A stretch of 64,000 nt of DNA from Acidimicrobiia bacterium (GCA_050741975.1 JBOGET010000043.1:14935-78934), one strand, 5' to 3'; shown: positions 46,001 through 54,976, counted from the first letter of the stretch. Translations and numbers: made by a program. Notes: generated by a model not told the origin, from the sequence alone.

Positions 46001-46576
46001 GTGAACCGGGCGGAGTCTGACGCCGAGATCGTCGAAGCTTCTTTCCAGGATCCAGAGCTGTTCGCGGTCATCTTCGAACGGCACTACCGGAACATTCACC
46101 GTTTCACGGTCGCCGCGGTGGGTGCCACGGATGGTCCCGACCTTGCCGGTGAGGTGTTTCTCCGCGCTTTCGCATCACGTCATCGTTACCGCTTGACCTA
46201 TTCGAGCGCGGGGCCGTGGCTGTTTGGCATTGCCGCCAATCTGGTCAGCGGCTACTACCGGCAACGGGCGAGACAGGAGAGGGCCTACCGAAGGGTGACC
46301 CCACCCTCTGAGTCCAAACCTGATCACAGTGTCGATGCGGTGAGCAGGGTGGAGGCCGAGGAGGAGCGACCCCGGCTCGCCGCGGCGATGAGGCAACTCC
46401 GCACAGAGGACGCCGAAGTGCTCCTGCTATTCGCAGTAGGGGACCGTTCCTACGCCGAGATTGCATCGGCCTTGGGGATCGCCGAGGGCACCGTACGCTC
46501 CCGTTTGAACCGCACCAGGACCAAGCTGAGGAACCTGATCGGCGTCGTCGGCGAACCTATTCATGATGATGAATGA
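46001..46576 (+). CDS. ECF RNA polymerase sigma factor (island-borne)
   Basis: Region 2 (AGEVFLRAF, GPWLFGIAANLVSGYYR) and region 4 (RSYAEIASALGIAEGTVRSRLNRTRTKLR). Confidence 0.85.
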   Translation: MNRAESDAEIVEASFQDPELFAVIFERHYRNIHRFTVAAVGATDGPDLAGEVFLRAFASRHRYRLTYSSAGPWLFGIAANLVSGYYRQRARQERAYRRVTPPSESKPDHSVDAVSRVEAEEERPRLAAAMRQLRTEDAEVLLLFAVGDRSYAEIASALGIAEGTVRSRLNRTRTKLRNLIGVVGEPIHDDE

Positions 46577-47537
46577 GAATATTCCAGACCCGTTCGAATT
46601 GATTCGCCGGGAAGCTGAGCCGGCCGAGCCGTCGGAGGAAGATGTCCACCGGGCCCGTCAACGGCTCCAGGCGACGATACTCGGCGAACAGAAGCGGGCG
46701 AGTCCGGTTCGACGATGGCTGGTCCCTGCCCTTGTCACCGCCATCTTGCTTGCACTGGTCGGCGGTGTGGCGATATTCCGATCCGCCCCGGCGGAGGCCG
46801 CCTTGGCCGAGGTCGCTGTGGCGGCCGGGGCGGCATCCCCGCTCGACATCCCACAGGGCTCGTTCGTCTATACCCGCTCTGAGCGAGTCGACCTCGCGAT
46901 TCGACCCGGTGCCGAATTCGGACTCGACCATGAGTTCATCGCCTATCTCCTCCCCGCGACCCGGGAAGTCTGGCGACAGCCCGAGACAGAGTTCATCCAA
47001 ATCCGCACCGCCAACCACAATCCCACCTTCTTCGACCCTGCCGCAGAAGACGCCTACTACCGCCTTGGCCTTGATGCCACCGACCGTATCGACCAAACAC
47101 AGACCGAACAGCTCACCGATGTCACCGACCCACTCCTCGAGGAGGATTGGCCCACCCAACCCGACGCCCTCCACGAGGCGCTCCGCGACTACGCCTCCCA
47201 AGGGGGGGATGAACGACCCGAGGACATTCAGGTGTTCGACCTGGCCACCGATCTGCTCCGAGAAACCGACCCGATCCCCCAGCTACGAGCCGCAGTCATC
47301 GAAGTCTTGGCAGAGCTGCCGATTGAGCTGGAAGAGCAGTCCAGCCAGACAATCACCATCGGCATCACCTACACCACCCCCATACCCACCAAAGACACGA
47401 TCACACTCAGCACCAAGGGCCAACTGCTCGCCGAGACCAGAACCCTTCTCGAAGGAGACCCCGAGCTGGGCATACCCGCAGACACGATCGTCCTAAAAGT
47501 CGACTATCTGAAGACAGGCGTCACCGACGACCTCTGA
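46563..47537 (+). CDS. Putative anti-sigma / single-pass membrane protein partner of the island sigma factor
   Basis: Overlaps the sigma gene by 14 nt. N-terminal cytoplasmic segment, TM helix WLVPALVTAILLALVGGVAIF, then an extracytoplasmic domain of about 240 aa. The layout resembles proteins that commonly follow actinobacterial ECF sigma genes. Confidence 0.55.
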   Translation: MMMNENIPDPFELIRREAEPAEPSEEDVHRARQRLQATILGEQKRASPVRRWLVPALVTAILLALVGGVAIFRSAPAEAALAEVAVAAGAASPLDIPQGSFVYTRSERVDLAIRPGAEFGLDHEFIAYLLPATREVWRQPETEFIQIRTANHNPTFFDPAAEDAYYRLGLDATDRIDQTQTEQLTDVTDPLLEEDWPTQPDALHEALRDYASQGGDERPEDIQVFDLATDLLRETDPIPQLRAAVIEVLAELPIELEEQSSQTITIGITYTTPIPTKDTITLSTKGQLLAETRTLLEGDPELGIPADTIVLKVDYLKTGVTDDL

Positions 47538-47752
47538 CCTCCCACCCACCCTGCACTCGGCACGCACCGCATCGCGGAACCCAAGAGGGCGCATCGGCGA
47601 ATAGGAAGTTAGAGAGTTGAAAGCAGCTGACAACTTATCAGGAGTAGCAGCGACTAGGGCACCCGAAGTCGGTTCCCAGACTTGGGAGGTCTTGCCACAA
47701 AATCAGAGACTCCACGAATCTCGCTCTAGCCACTGACAACCAAGGAGAACCT

Positions 47753-48193
47753 GTGACAGCCCTTTCATATTACGACGTCCCTCCGTCGAATCCTAAGCAG
47801 CGCCGAACGGCAATGTTCCTAATCTTGAGTGTGGTGACGGCAGGCGTTATGTGGGCGGCTGTGTCCGCCATAGCCTCATGCAGCCACGACACAGGGCTGT
47901 ACTGGGTTGATACCAATGACATCGTTGGCGGTGACAATCTGGTCGAATGCAGTCCTCAGAGCATTACGTACAACCGCATTCGAGTCCAAGAGAAGGTCGG
48001 ACCAGTCTGGACAACCCGAGCAGCCGACGACTGGAGCGGCAGTACGCATAACAGCGTGGTTGTCGCGTCATACAACTGCAACGGCCACGGAACGGATGTC
48101 TGGAGGTCACAGGGGTTTTTCCAAACCTCGACCGGCGGCAGCACGACGTCCTACGCACCGAGCAGTTCCGGTGTGTCGCTGAGCTGCCCGTAG
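47753..48193 (+). CDS. Small membrane-anchored or lipoprotein-like Cys-containing protein, unknown function
   Basis: GTG start after caaggaga. Hydrophobic segment ending in AIASC (lipobox-like), with five further Cys. A/T-richer codons than the core genes. Confidence 0.5.
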   Translation: MTALSYYDVPPSNPKQRRTAMFLILSVVTAGVMWAAVSAIASCSHDTGLYWVDTNDIVGGDNLVECSPQSITYNRIRVQEKVGPVWTTRAADDWSGSTHNSVVVASYNCNGHGTDVWRSQGFFQTSTGGSTTSYAPSSSGVSLSCP

Positions 48194-48235
48194 AACACAT
48201 GTTGGCGTAGGTTCGGCGGGACAGGTGCGTATCAG

Positions 48236-49090
48236 TTGATTTCTGCTCGCGAGGTGACCAAGAGCTTCGCCGCCACCAAGGCCTTGGACCATGTGACATT
48301 CCGGCACGCATCCGGCGTGGCGGTCCTGCTGGGGCCCAACGGCGCCGGGAAGACAACCCTTCTGCGGTGTCTCGCGACGCTCATGAGTCCGGACTCCGGT
48401 GAGATTGAAATCTGCTCGATCCCTTTGGGGCGGGAACCCGATAACCGTGAGGCGCGGAGGATCCTCTCATACATGCCCCAGAAGGTCGGCTTCAGCCCTT
48501 CGCTGACCGTCAAACAGCATCTCGATCGTGTGGCGGTCCTGAGGGGGATGTCAAAGAAGAATATTCGCCGGGAAGCGGTTGCCCAGGCCATGGAAAGCCT
48601 TCAGCTAACGGGCGTCTCGGAACGGAAAATCAAGCACCTCTCGGGTGGGCTTCAGAGGAGAGTTGGTCTCGCGCAGACTGTTATGGGATCCCCAGATGTG
48701 CTGCTGCTCGATGAGCCGACCGCTGGGCTTGATCCAGAGCAGAGAGTGGTGTTGCGCAGCGTCATCGGCTCGCTGGCTGCATCAGGGGTCTCGGTACTTA
48801 TCTCGACGCACCAGCCTGAAGATGTCCTCGGCCTCACCCATACGGTGCTCGTGCTCAAGTCGGGAAGGATTCTGTATGACGGGCCACCCGACGGACTAGC
48901 TGCCTTGGCGATGGGGCAGGTGGGGTTGATGGATCACCTGCCTGACGGATCCGTGGGCTGGCCCACTCAGGATGGCCGCTACCGCGTGCTCGGGATTCCG
49001 GACGGAAGCGAGGCTATTCCGCCGACGCTCGAGGACGGCTACCTGACACTTATGCAGGTTACAACAGGTGAAGACCGTTCAGCGGACTGA
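48236..49090 (+). CDS. ABC transporter ATP-binding protein
   Basis: Walker A GPNGAGKTT, signature LSGGLQRR, Walker B LLLDEPTAGLD. Confidence 0.9.
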   Translation: MISAREVTKSFAATKALDHVTFRHASGVAVLLGPNGAGKTTLLRCLATLMSPDSGEIEICSIPLGREPDNREARRILSYMPQKVGFSPSLTVKQHLDRVAVLRGMSKKNIRREAVAQAMESLQLTGVSERKIKHLSGGLQRRVGLAQTVMGSPDVLLLDEPTAGLDPEQRVVLRSVIGSLAASGVSVLISTHQPEDVLGLTHTVLVLKSGRILYDGPPDGLAALAMGQVGLMDHLPDGSVGWPTQDGRYRVLGIPDGSEAIPPTLEDGYLTLMQVTTGEDRSAD

Positions 49091-50630
49091 TCCTCTGAGT
49101 TCAGCGCCTGCTGTCCTCCTGGAGGGAAAGGCTGTGGCTCTGGCGGCAGCTAAACACCCTCTAACCGTCGCAGGCTTCGCAATCTCTGGTTGGCTCCTCG
49201 GGCGGGCCCTGATCAACGAGGCGACCGTCTGGCAGTTCCTCGCGGTGTCGTTCGCTGGGTGGCTCCTCCCTCTCGCGGGTGCGGCATTCCTCGTGGCGTG
49301 CTGGACGGCCTCCACTGAGATTCGATATGCGTACGAAGAACACCTCGATTCTCTGCCGCACGGCAGGACAGTGCGTGCGCTCGGCTTGCTCGGCGGTGTT
49401 GTGGGCCCCTTGGCTTACGCCTTTATCCTGGCGTTGGCGGGTGTGGTGGCAGGGTTATTCCTAACTCCAGCCGGCTCTCTGACCTGGCACGAGTTGGCTT
49501 CGGGGTTCCTCGTTGTGTGCATTGCCTGGTTTGCGGGGATAGCCCTGGGACGCTCGAGGCGTGTCCGCGCAACTCCGGTGTTGGTGCTCTTGATCTACGC
49601 CACCTTGCAGTTGCTTGGTTCACCCGATGTCGAGGTTGGTGCACCTGAGGTCTCCGGAGGAAGTGATCTGAGCCGCCTGCTCCTATGGATGCCTCCCAGC
49701 GCCTTTGACACACCCTTTGATGTCTTTCTGCGACCCTCAGGGCCTCGGATATTCTTCCTATTGTCGGTTGCATTGCTCACTGTCGTACTTGTAATGACGA
49801 GGTCGAGTCGCCGCATTAGGCCGGTCAGCATTGCATCGGCCGGGGCGGCCAGCCTCCTCGTCGTAGCGACAGCACTACAGGTGTTGTCCTTCGTACCTGA
49901 CCAGCCTTGGGCGGTCGTTGGCGGATCGCGACCCAGAGTCGATTGGGAGAAGCAGACTTCGGTGCAGGAATGCCTGACGGTGTCCGACCGCTTGTACTGC
50001 CCGTACCCGGGATTCGAGCCATGGGTCGCGGAATGGCATGAGGTGGCCGACGGCGTATCCGAGGTGTTGACAGCAGACCTCGCTGTTGTCGCCCAGCGAC
50101 CACAGAACAGTGATTTCCCGAGATATTCGGCGAGTCCCAACGGCGTCGCCACCTTCTTCACGTGGGACCGTCCGGGCAGCAGTCGGCCCATCCATGCCTT
50201 CGCACTCGCTTCCAGAATCGCCCATGTCAGTGTCGGACTCCCGGGCGGTCCCCACGAGCTATGTGATGCCCGAGGTCAAGGTCGAGTTGCCTTAGCCCTG
50301 TGGATTGCGGCAGCAAGTGTCGACGGAGGTGCCGAGATCGTTACAGCGATGGAATCGGCACAGGGTTCGCCCGCACAGATCGAAGGCGATGTACTCGGAG
50401 GCGCGGTTTTCGACTCGTCGACCATCGCACTCGCTCAGCATCTTGTGACTCTGGATCCTCAGGTGGTTGCGAGCGTGATCGAAGACCGCATGTCGCAACT
50501 AGCTAGGCCCGAGGTCACTTTGCAGGAGCTGGCCGCGTTGTTCGGTGTGAATCTAGAAGTCCCTGAGGACACGAACAGGCCAAATGCGGAACCGATACCG
50601 ACCGTTGACACTCTCCTCACCTGTGACTGA
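49068..50630 (+). CDS. Polytopic membrane protein with a large C-terminal non-membrane domain (putative ABC partner), unknown family
   Basis: Overlaps the ATPase gene by 23 nt. About six hydrophobic helices in the first ~260 aa, then a soluble region of about 260 aa. No family recognised. Confidence 0.55.
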   Translation: MKTVQRTDPLSSAPAVLLEGKAVALAAAKHPLTVAGFAISGWLLGRALINEATVWQFLAVSFAGWLLPLAGAAFLVACWTASTEIRYAYEEHLDSLPHGRTVRALGLLGGVVGPLAYAFILALAGVVAGLFLTPAGSLTWHELASGFLVVCIAWFAGIALGRSRRVRATPVLVLLIYATLQLLGSPDVEVGAPEVSGGSDLSRLLLWMPPSAFDTPFDVFLRPSGPRIFFLLSVALLTVVLVMTRSSRRIRPVSIASAGAASLLVVATALQVLSFVPDQPWAVVGGSRPRVDWEKQTSVQECLTVSDRLYCPYPGFEPWVAEWHEVADGVSEVLTADLAVVAQRPQNSDFPRYSASPNGVATFFTWDRPGSSRPIHAFALASRIAHVSVGLPGGPHELCDARGQGRVALALWIAAASVDGGAEIVTAMESAQGSPAQIEGDVLGGAVFDSSTIALAQHLVTLDPQVVASVIEDRMSQLARPEVTLQELAALFGVNLEVPEDTNRPNAEPIPTVDTLLTCD

Positions 50631-51274
50631 TGTTTTTGCAAGTCGCCAGGGTCGAAGCGCTAGTTGCTGACTGGAAATCGCTCCCTATTGCGATTCTAAT
50701 CGCTTCAGCGTTCGCTCTAAGTGCCGCCGACCGCGAACCTGGGCTGGCCGGTCAAGGCACCCTCATAAGAATGGGTTTCGCGGCCCTTAGTGTCGGCGTG
50801 CTTCTGGCCTTAGAGAATGACGAAGGCGAGGCGACAGCAGCACTTCATGTGGGCTTCGGCCTACGCTTGCTTGGTCGTCTAACCACCGTGGCGAGCGTTT
50901 GGTTGCTGTCCGTCGTCTTGGTCCTTGTAGTCAGCGAGGTGCCGACCAGTGTCATGCCACGCCTTGCACTTGAGGCAAGCGTTCTCAATCTGATTGTCAT
51001 TCTGTTCGGAGCGATTGGCTTGAGAACCTTGATACCCCAATACACGACCGGAGCGGCCTTGGCTTTTGCTGGCGGGTTTCTCGTTTCCATGATGCTGCCT
51101 GCCAGCGTCAGCCCTTGGTGGAATGGTGTAGATCCGGTGTCCGAGCCTTCCACTAGCGGATGGTTCATAGTCGGGGCCGTCGTTGTTCTGCTTGCTGTGC
51201 TTTCAACTAGGCGCTCCACGATATGGACTGCCCCGAGTGTGCGTCGTCTTAAGGGCGCGGCCAGGCAGATCTGA
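50630..51274 (+). CDS. Polytopic membrane protein (about 6 TM), unknown family
   Basis: TGATG overlap with the preceding gene. Hydrophobic throughout. Confidence 0.5.
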   Translation: MFLQVARVEALVADWKSLPIAILIASAFALSAADREPGLAGQGTLIRMGFAALSVGVLLALENDEGEATAALHVGFGLRLLGRLTTVASVWLLSVVLVLVVSEVPTSVMPRLALEASVLNLIVILFGAIGLRTLIPQYTTGAALAFAGGFLVSMMLPASVSPWWNGVDPVSEPSTSGWFIVGAVVVLLAVLSTRRSTIWTAPSVRRLKGAARQI

Positions 51275-51430
51275 ACCCACAGATTGGGCACGACCAACTC
51301 CACTCCCGACCCGGCGGCTTGCGAACGGATCTCGTGGCTTCTCGGAGCGTGCCCATGCCCCTCCCGAGGGCTGTGAGGTTGCTCGGTGTTGCACCCGCAG
51401 GTGGGATCCCCGGTCTCAAAAGACAGCAAG

Positions 51431-51451
51431 ATTCCTGGCGGATTCCTGGCA
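51431..51451. promoter_or_regulatory. Arm-type repeats (ATTCCTGGCG / ATTCCTGGCA) at the right end of the element
   Basis: attcctggcg at 51431-51440 and attcctggca at 51442-51451, 63 bp inside the right direct repeat. Confidence 0.55.
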
Positions 51452-51513
51452 GCGGGGCTTGACATCGACGACGTTAGCCCTGGTCAGAGCACATTTTGGG
51501 CGACGGCGAGTGG

Positions 51514-51553
51514 GCTTGGGAAGCTCGTGTTCTACCATTGAACTACACCCGCA
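51514..51553 (-). repeat. Right direct repeat: displaced 5' half (nt 1-39) of tRNA-Gly
   Basis: Identical to 39818-39857. Lacks the tRNA 3' half. Confidence 0.9.
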
Positions 51554-51639
51554 TTTGTTGCGTTTACCCTGGTCAGAGCCCTATAGCTAGCACAGCTTCG
51601 GTGGATCGGCCACCAGCAGGAACCACGTCCATAGGCGAG

Positions 51640-51798
51640 ACCAGTGATCAAGCCAGGTCGATCTACGGGGCCGGACCGGCTCGAGTTGTCAATCGCAAGC
51701 CGCGAGGATACCGGGTCCTGTCGAGCGAAGGAAGACGACAAGGGGGGACGACGAAGCTGGGGACGGCCGATAACCGGGATCGTCACCGCCGACGATAA
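51640..51798 (+). pseudogene. N-terminal remnant of a second, related integrase
   Basis: ARSIYGAGPARVVNRKPRGYRVLSSEGRRQGGTT aligns with TKSVYQAGPVRVVNAKPRGYRVIWTEGKRQRERRATT of the intact integrase. The frame ends at 51798, directly before the methyltransferase gene. Confidence 0.65.
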
Positions 51799-51806
51799 TC
51801 CAGGTC

Positions 51807-52379
51807 GTGACTTCTGATATTGGCGAGGTCGAGCGCTGGTCCGCCTTGAAGGTGTGGCTCTTCTCGTTGCGCAACCGCACCCCAAAGAGCAATCTCGCAG
51901 CCGTCGAGTGGCTCTCATTGACCCCTCCCGACCGGTTCCTCGACCTGGGCTGCGGGTTGGGAGCGGCACTCGAGCATGCGGTCGGCACAGGCGCCGCCCT
52001 TGCCGGGATCGATCCCAGCCCGACAATGGTGGAGCGGGCATCGCGGCGGGTGCCTGGAGCAGAGGTGAAGGTGGGCTCGGCGGAGGAGATTCCCTTCCCT
52101 GACGATCGGTTCACTGCGGTGATGGCGGTTGCCACCTATCACCACTGGGCGGACCCCGACGCGGGCTTTGCCGAGATTCGACGTGTGCTTGCTCCCGGAG
52201 GGCGGCTCCTGATCGTCGAGCGAAGGCTGAAACGGAATGACGGGCACGGAATCGATCCCCCCAGTGCCGACCGACTGGCCGCCGGCCTACTCCGAATCGG
52301 GCTCGCCTCCTCGGAGGTCGACGTGAGACGCGTAGGCAGGGTCGACTATCTGACGATCAGCGCCGCCGCTCCCGGCTGA
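51807..52379 (+). CDS. Class I SAM-dependent methyltransferase
   Basis: Motif I LDLGCGLGAAL. Later PGGRLLIVE. Confidence 0.82.
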   Translation: MTSDIGEVERWSALKVWLFSLRNRTPKSNLAAVEWLSLTPPDRFLDLGCGLGAALEHAVGTGAALAGIDPSPTMVERASRRVPGAEVKVGSAEEIPFPDDRFTAVMAVATYHHWADPDAGFAEIRRVLAPGGRLLIVERRLKRNDGHGIDPPSADRLAAGLLRIGLASSEVDVRRVGRVDYLTISAAAPG

Positions 52380-52397
52380 GACCGGCGGAGAGAGGCT

Positions 52398-53363
52398 TCA
52401 ATGAGATCTCCCATCCGTCTCCGAGGACGGGCGGTCCGCGGTGGGGACATGGTCCGCCCTCCAGACATCCGGCTCGAGATAGATCCTCCCCGCCAGTGGG
52501 ACCGCCTGCCGGATCGAGCCCTCCACGACGTTGATCGCCGCTGCCAGCTGAGGGGTGGTCAAGGTGGCGGTGAACTCCACCTTGCCCGCCACCAGCAGCT
52601 CATCGGGGCCGATGTGCTGGGTGCGAAGATCGATGATCCGCACCACGTCGGGATTCGACTCCACCGCCCCCTTGATCGCCGCGACGTGACTCTCCAGGGC
52701 GGCCTCCCCGATGAGGAGGGACTTCATCTCGATGGTGAGGAAGCCGGCGATCACCAGGAGCAGGGCACCGATGCACAGGGTCCCCACCGCGTCCCAGATC
52801 TCGTTCCCGGTGACGGCGTAGAGGCCCACGCCGATCAACGCCAGCATCAGACCGAAAAGGGCGCCGGCGTCCTCGAGGAGCACCACCGGCAGCTCAGGAG
52901 AGCGGGAGGTGCGGATGTACTCCCACCAGCCGCGCCCTCCTTTGACCTTGCGGGCTTCGACGATCGCGGTGCGGAAGCTGAATGATTCCAGGATGATGGA
53001 CGCCACCAGCACCCCGATCGCCCAGCCGATCGAGGTCAGCTCGTGAGGGTCGAGGATCTTGCTGACGCCTTCGTAGATGGAGAAGAGCCCACCCAGGGAG
53101 AACAGGACCATGGCCACCACGAACGACCAGAAGTAACGCTCCCGCCCGTAGCCGAATTGGTAGCGGTCGTCGGCGATCCTCTGGGCGCGTCTTCCTCCCA
53201 GCAGGAGCAGCCCCTGGTTCGAGGTGTCCGCCACGGAGTGGATCGACTCGGCCAGCATCGAGGCCGAGGACGTGACCAGATAGGCGATGAACTTGGCCAC
53301 CGCGATGCCGGCGTTGGCCAGCATCGCAGCGATGATCGCCCGGGTTCCGCCGCCTGCAGCCAT
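52398..53363 (-). CDS. Cation diffusion facilitator family transporter
   Basis: Six TM helices, with HSVADTSNQ (TM2) and D in TM5. C-terminal cytoplasmic domain. Confidence 0.88.
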   Translation of the reverse strand: MAAGGGTRAIIAAMLANAGIAVAKFIAYLVTSSASMLAESIHSVADTSNQGLLLLGGRRAQRIADDRYQFGYGRERYFWSFVVAMVLFSLGGLFSIYEGVSKILDPHELTSIGWAIGVLVASIILESFSFRTAIVEARKVKGGRGWWEYIRTSRSPELPVVLLEDAGALFGLMLALIGVGLYAVTGNEIWDAVGTLCIGALLLVIAGFLTIEMKSLLIGEAALESHVAAIKGAVESNPDVVRIIDLRTQHIGPDELLVAGKVEFTATLTTPQLAAAINVVEGSIRQAVPLAGRIYLEPDVWRADHVPTADRPSSETDGRSH

Positions 53364-53457
53364 GCCCCGATGCTAGGTGGAGCCGTGTACCGGATTCCTA
53401 ATGCAAGCCGCCCACGCATATGTGACGCATTGCAGTGAGAATGCCCGCTCCGGTGTC

Positions 53458-53685
53458 TCAGGTGAACAGGGAGACCGCGCCCCAGGTGGTCATCAGCACC
53501 CCCACCACAAGGAGAAAGGCCACCCGTCCCGCCCGATACTGCGGGTTCTCCAACCCCCTCGGGGCCATCCCCCGACGATGCCTCCACCAGGCCAGCCCGT
53601 TCCCCACCAGAAGTGCCAGGCCCAGCCCCGCGATCAGCTCCGGGAGCAGGTTCTCGAAGTCGAGGATGTCGCCCACTCGGGCCAC
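53458..53685 (-). CDS. Hypothetical small membrane protein (two TM)
   Basis: ORF 53458..53685 with hydrophobic segments LIAGLGLALLVGNGLAWW and VAFLLVVGVLMTTWGAV. Confidence 0.4.
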   Translation of the reverse strand: MARVGDILDFENLLPELIAGLGLALLVGNGLAWWRHRRGMAPRGLENPQYRAGRVAFLLVVGVLMTTWGAVSLFT

Positions 53686-53709
53686 GCTAACCCGGAATAG
53701 GCTGCGGGG

Positions 53710-54570
53710 GTGAGCCAGGACCTCCGCTCAGCCACCGCCTCGGCGCCGGCGACCTCGGCCAATCTTGGTCCCGGGTTCGACTGCATTGCCCTTGCCCTCG
53801 AGATCCGCTGCACCGTGAAGGCAAGCCGCGCCGACCAATGGAGCGTCGAGCACATCGGCCCCTACCAACCGCGGCCTGAGGAGGGCGACTGGGTGATGCG
53901 GGCCGCCCGCCGCGTGGTCGGCAACACCTCCCCGCTCGCTATCCAGGTCGACGCCGACATCCCGATCGGGAAAGGCCTCGGATCATCGGCAGCCGCCACG
54001 GTGGCGGGCATCGCCGCTGCTCTTCGCCTTAACGGCGATGAGCCCAATCCCGATCATGTCTATCGGGTTGCGGTGGAGCTGGAAGGACATGCCGACAATG
54101 TTGCCGCCGCGGTGTACGGAGGTCTCACCCTGGTCCCCGCCGAGGGCATGCCGCTCCGACTCCCCATCCATCCCGCCCTTCAGACAGTGATCGCCGTGCC
54201 GGGTCGCCATCTCCTCACCGAACAGGCCCGACGCGTGATCGACTCGGTCCATCCCCAAGACCGGGTCCTGCGCAGTTTGGCCCGGGTCGCCGCCCTCACC
54301 GCCGGCTTGATCACCGGCGACGCGGCCCTTCTGGGGGCGGCCCACGGCGACGAGATCCACGAGCAGCCCCGGGACGGGATCTCGCCGGAGGTGGCCGGTC
54401 TGGTCGAGGTCGGGAAAGCTGCCGGCGCCCTCCATGCCGCCCGGTCGGGTGCGGGCCCGTCGGTGATCGCCTTCTGCACCACCGAGACCAGGGAGAAGGT
54501 GGTCGCCGCTTTCACCGAGGCCGGGGTGGATGCCCTGACCCCCCAACTGGCGACGACCGGCTTGGTCTAG
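53710..54570 (+). CDS. thrB: Homoserine kinase
   Basis: SSANLGPGFD and the GHMP motif PIGKGLGSSAA. Confidence 0.9.
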   Translation: MSQDLRSATASAPATSANLGPGFDCIALALEIRCTVKASRADQWSVEHIGPYQPRPEEGDWVMRAARRVVGNTSPLAIQVDADIPIGKGLGSSAAATVAGIAAALRLNGDEPNPDHVYRVAVELEGHADNVAAAVYGGLTLVPAEGMPLRLPIHPALQTVIAVPGRHLLTEQARRVIDSVHPQDRVLRSLARVAALTAGLITGDAALLGAAHGDEIHEQPRDGISPEVAGLVEVGKAAGALHAARSGAGPSVIAFCTTETREKVVAAFTEAGVDALTPQLATTGLV

Positions 54571-54976
54571 GTGTCATTCCGCAGACGTTGTTGACGGGTA
54601 GCCGGCTGGCGGGTGCAGCTCCGACTTCGGTGTGGAGTCGGTGCCAGTTGTAGTCGTGTAGCCATGTCGGTAGTGAGCCCCGGCGGCGGGCCCGCCGCAG
54701 CTCACATATCCGATCCCTCAACCTCGACTGGAGTCTGGTTTGGCGATCGTCTCGGTCTTCACCACCGATCCTCGAAGCCAGCGGCTCCCTCCACCCCATA
54801 GCGGCGCAGCCACCGGTACGCCGTCTCCCGAGACACCCCCATCGACTCGGCAGCCACCGCCACCGGCCACCCCTTCAACCTCAATACGTTCCAGCAGGAT
54901 CAGCCGACCATTCTGCGTCAAACGAGCGTTACGGTGAACCACGAGAGCCTCTCCCTCCGAATGGAGCAGTTACACC
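54571..54976 (-). mobile_element. IS481-family insertion sequence remnant (internally deleted, frameshifted transposase)
   Basis: N-terminal HTH part VHRNARLTQNGRLILLERIEVEG(W)... with a frameshift in the ggggtgg run. Only the C-terminal tail LHDYNWHRLHTEVGAAPASRLPVNNV remains. ggtgt/acacc occurs at both ends. About 0.4 kb, much shorter than I would expect for an intact IS of this family. Confidence 0.6.

Larger units (their letters stand above)
39818..51553 (+). mobile_element. Integrative mobilizable element (~11.7 kb) at tRNA-Gly(CCC)
   Basis: Perfect 40-bp direct repeat gcttgggaagctcgtgttctaccattgaactacacccgca at 39818-39857 and 51514-51553. Encodes integrase, excisionase-like HTH and MobF relaxase. 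ATTCCTGGCA arm-type repeats lie near both ends. The cargo is visibly lower in GC. Confidence 0.82.
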
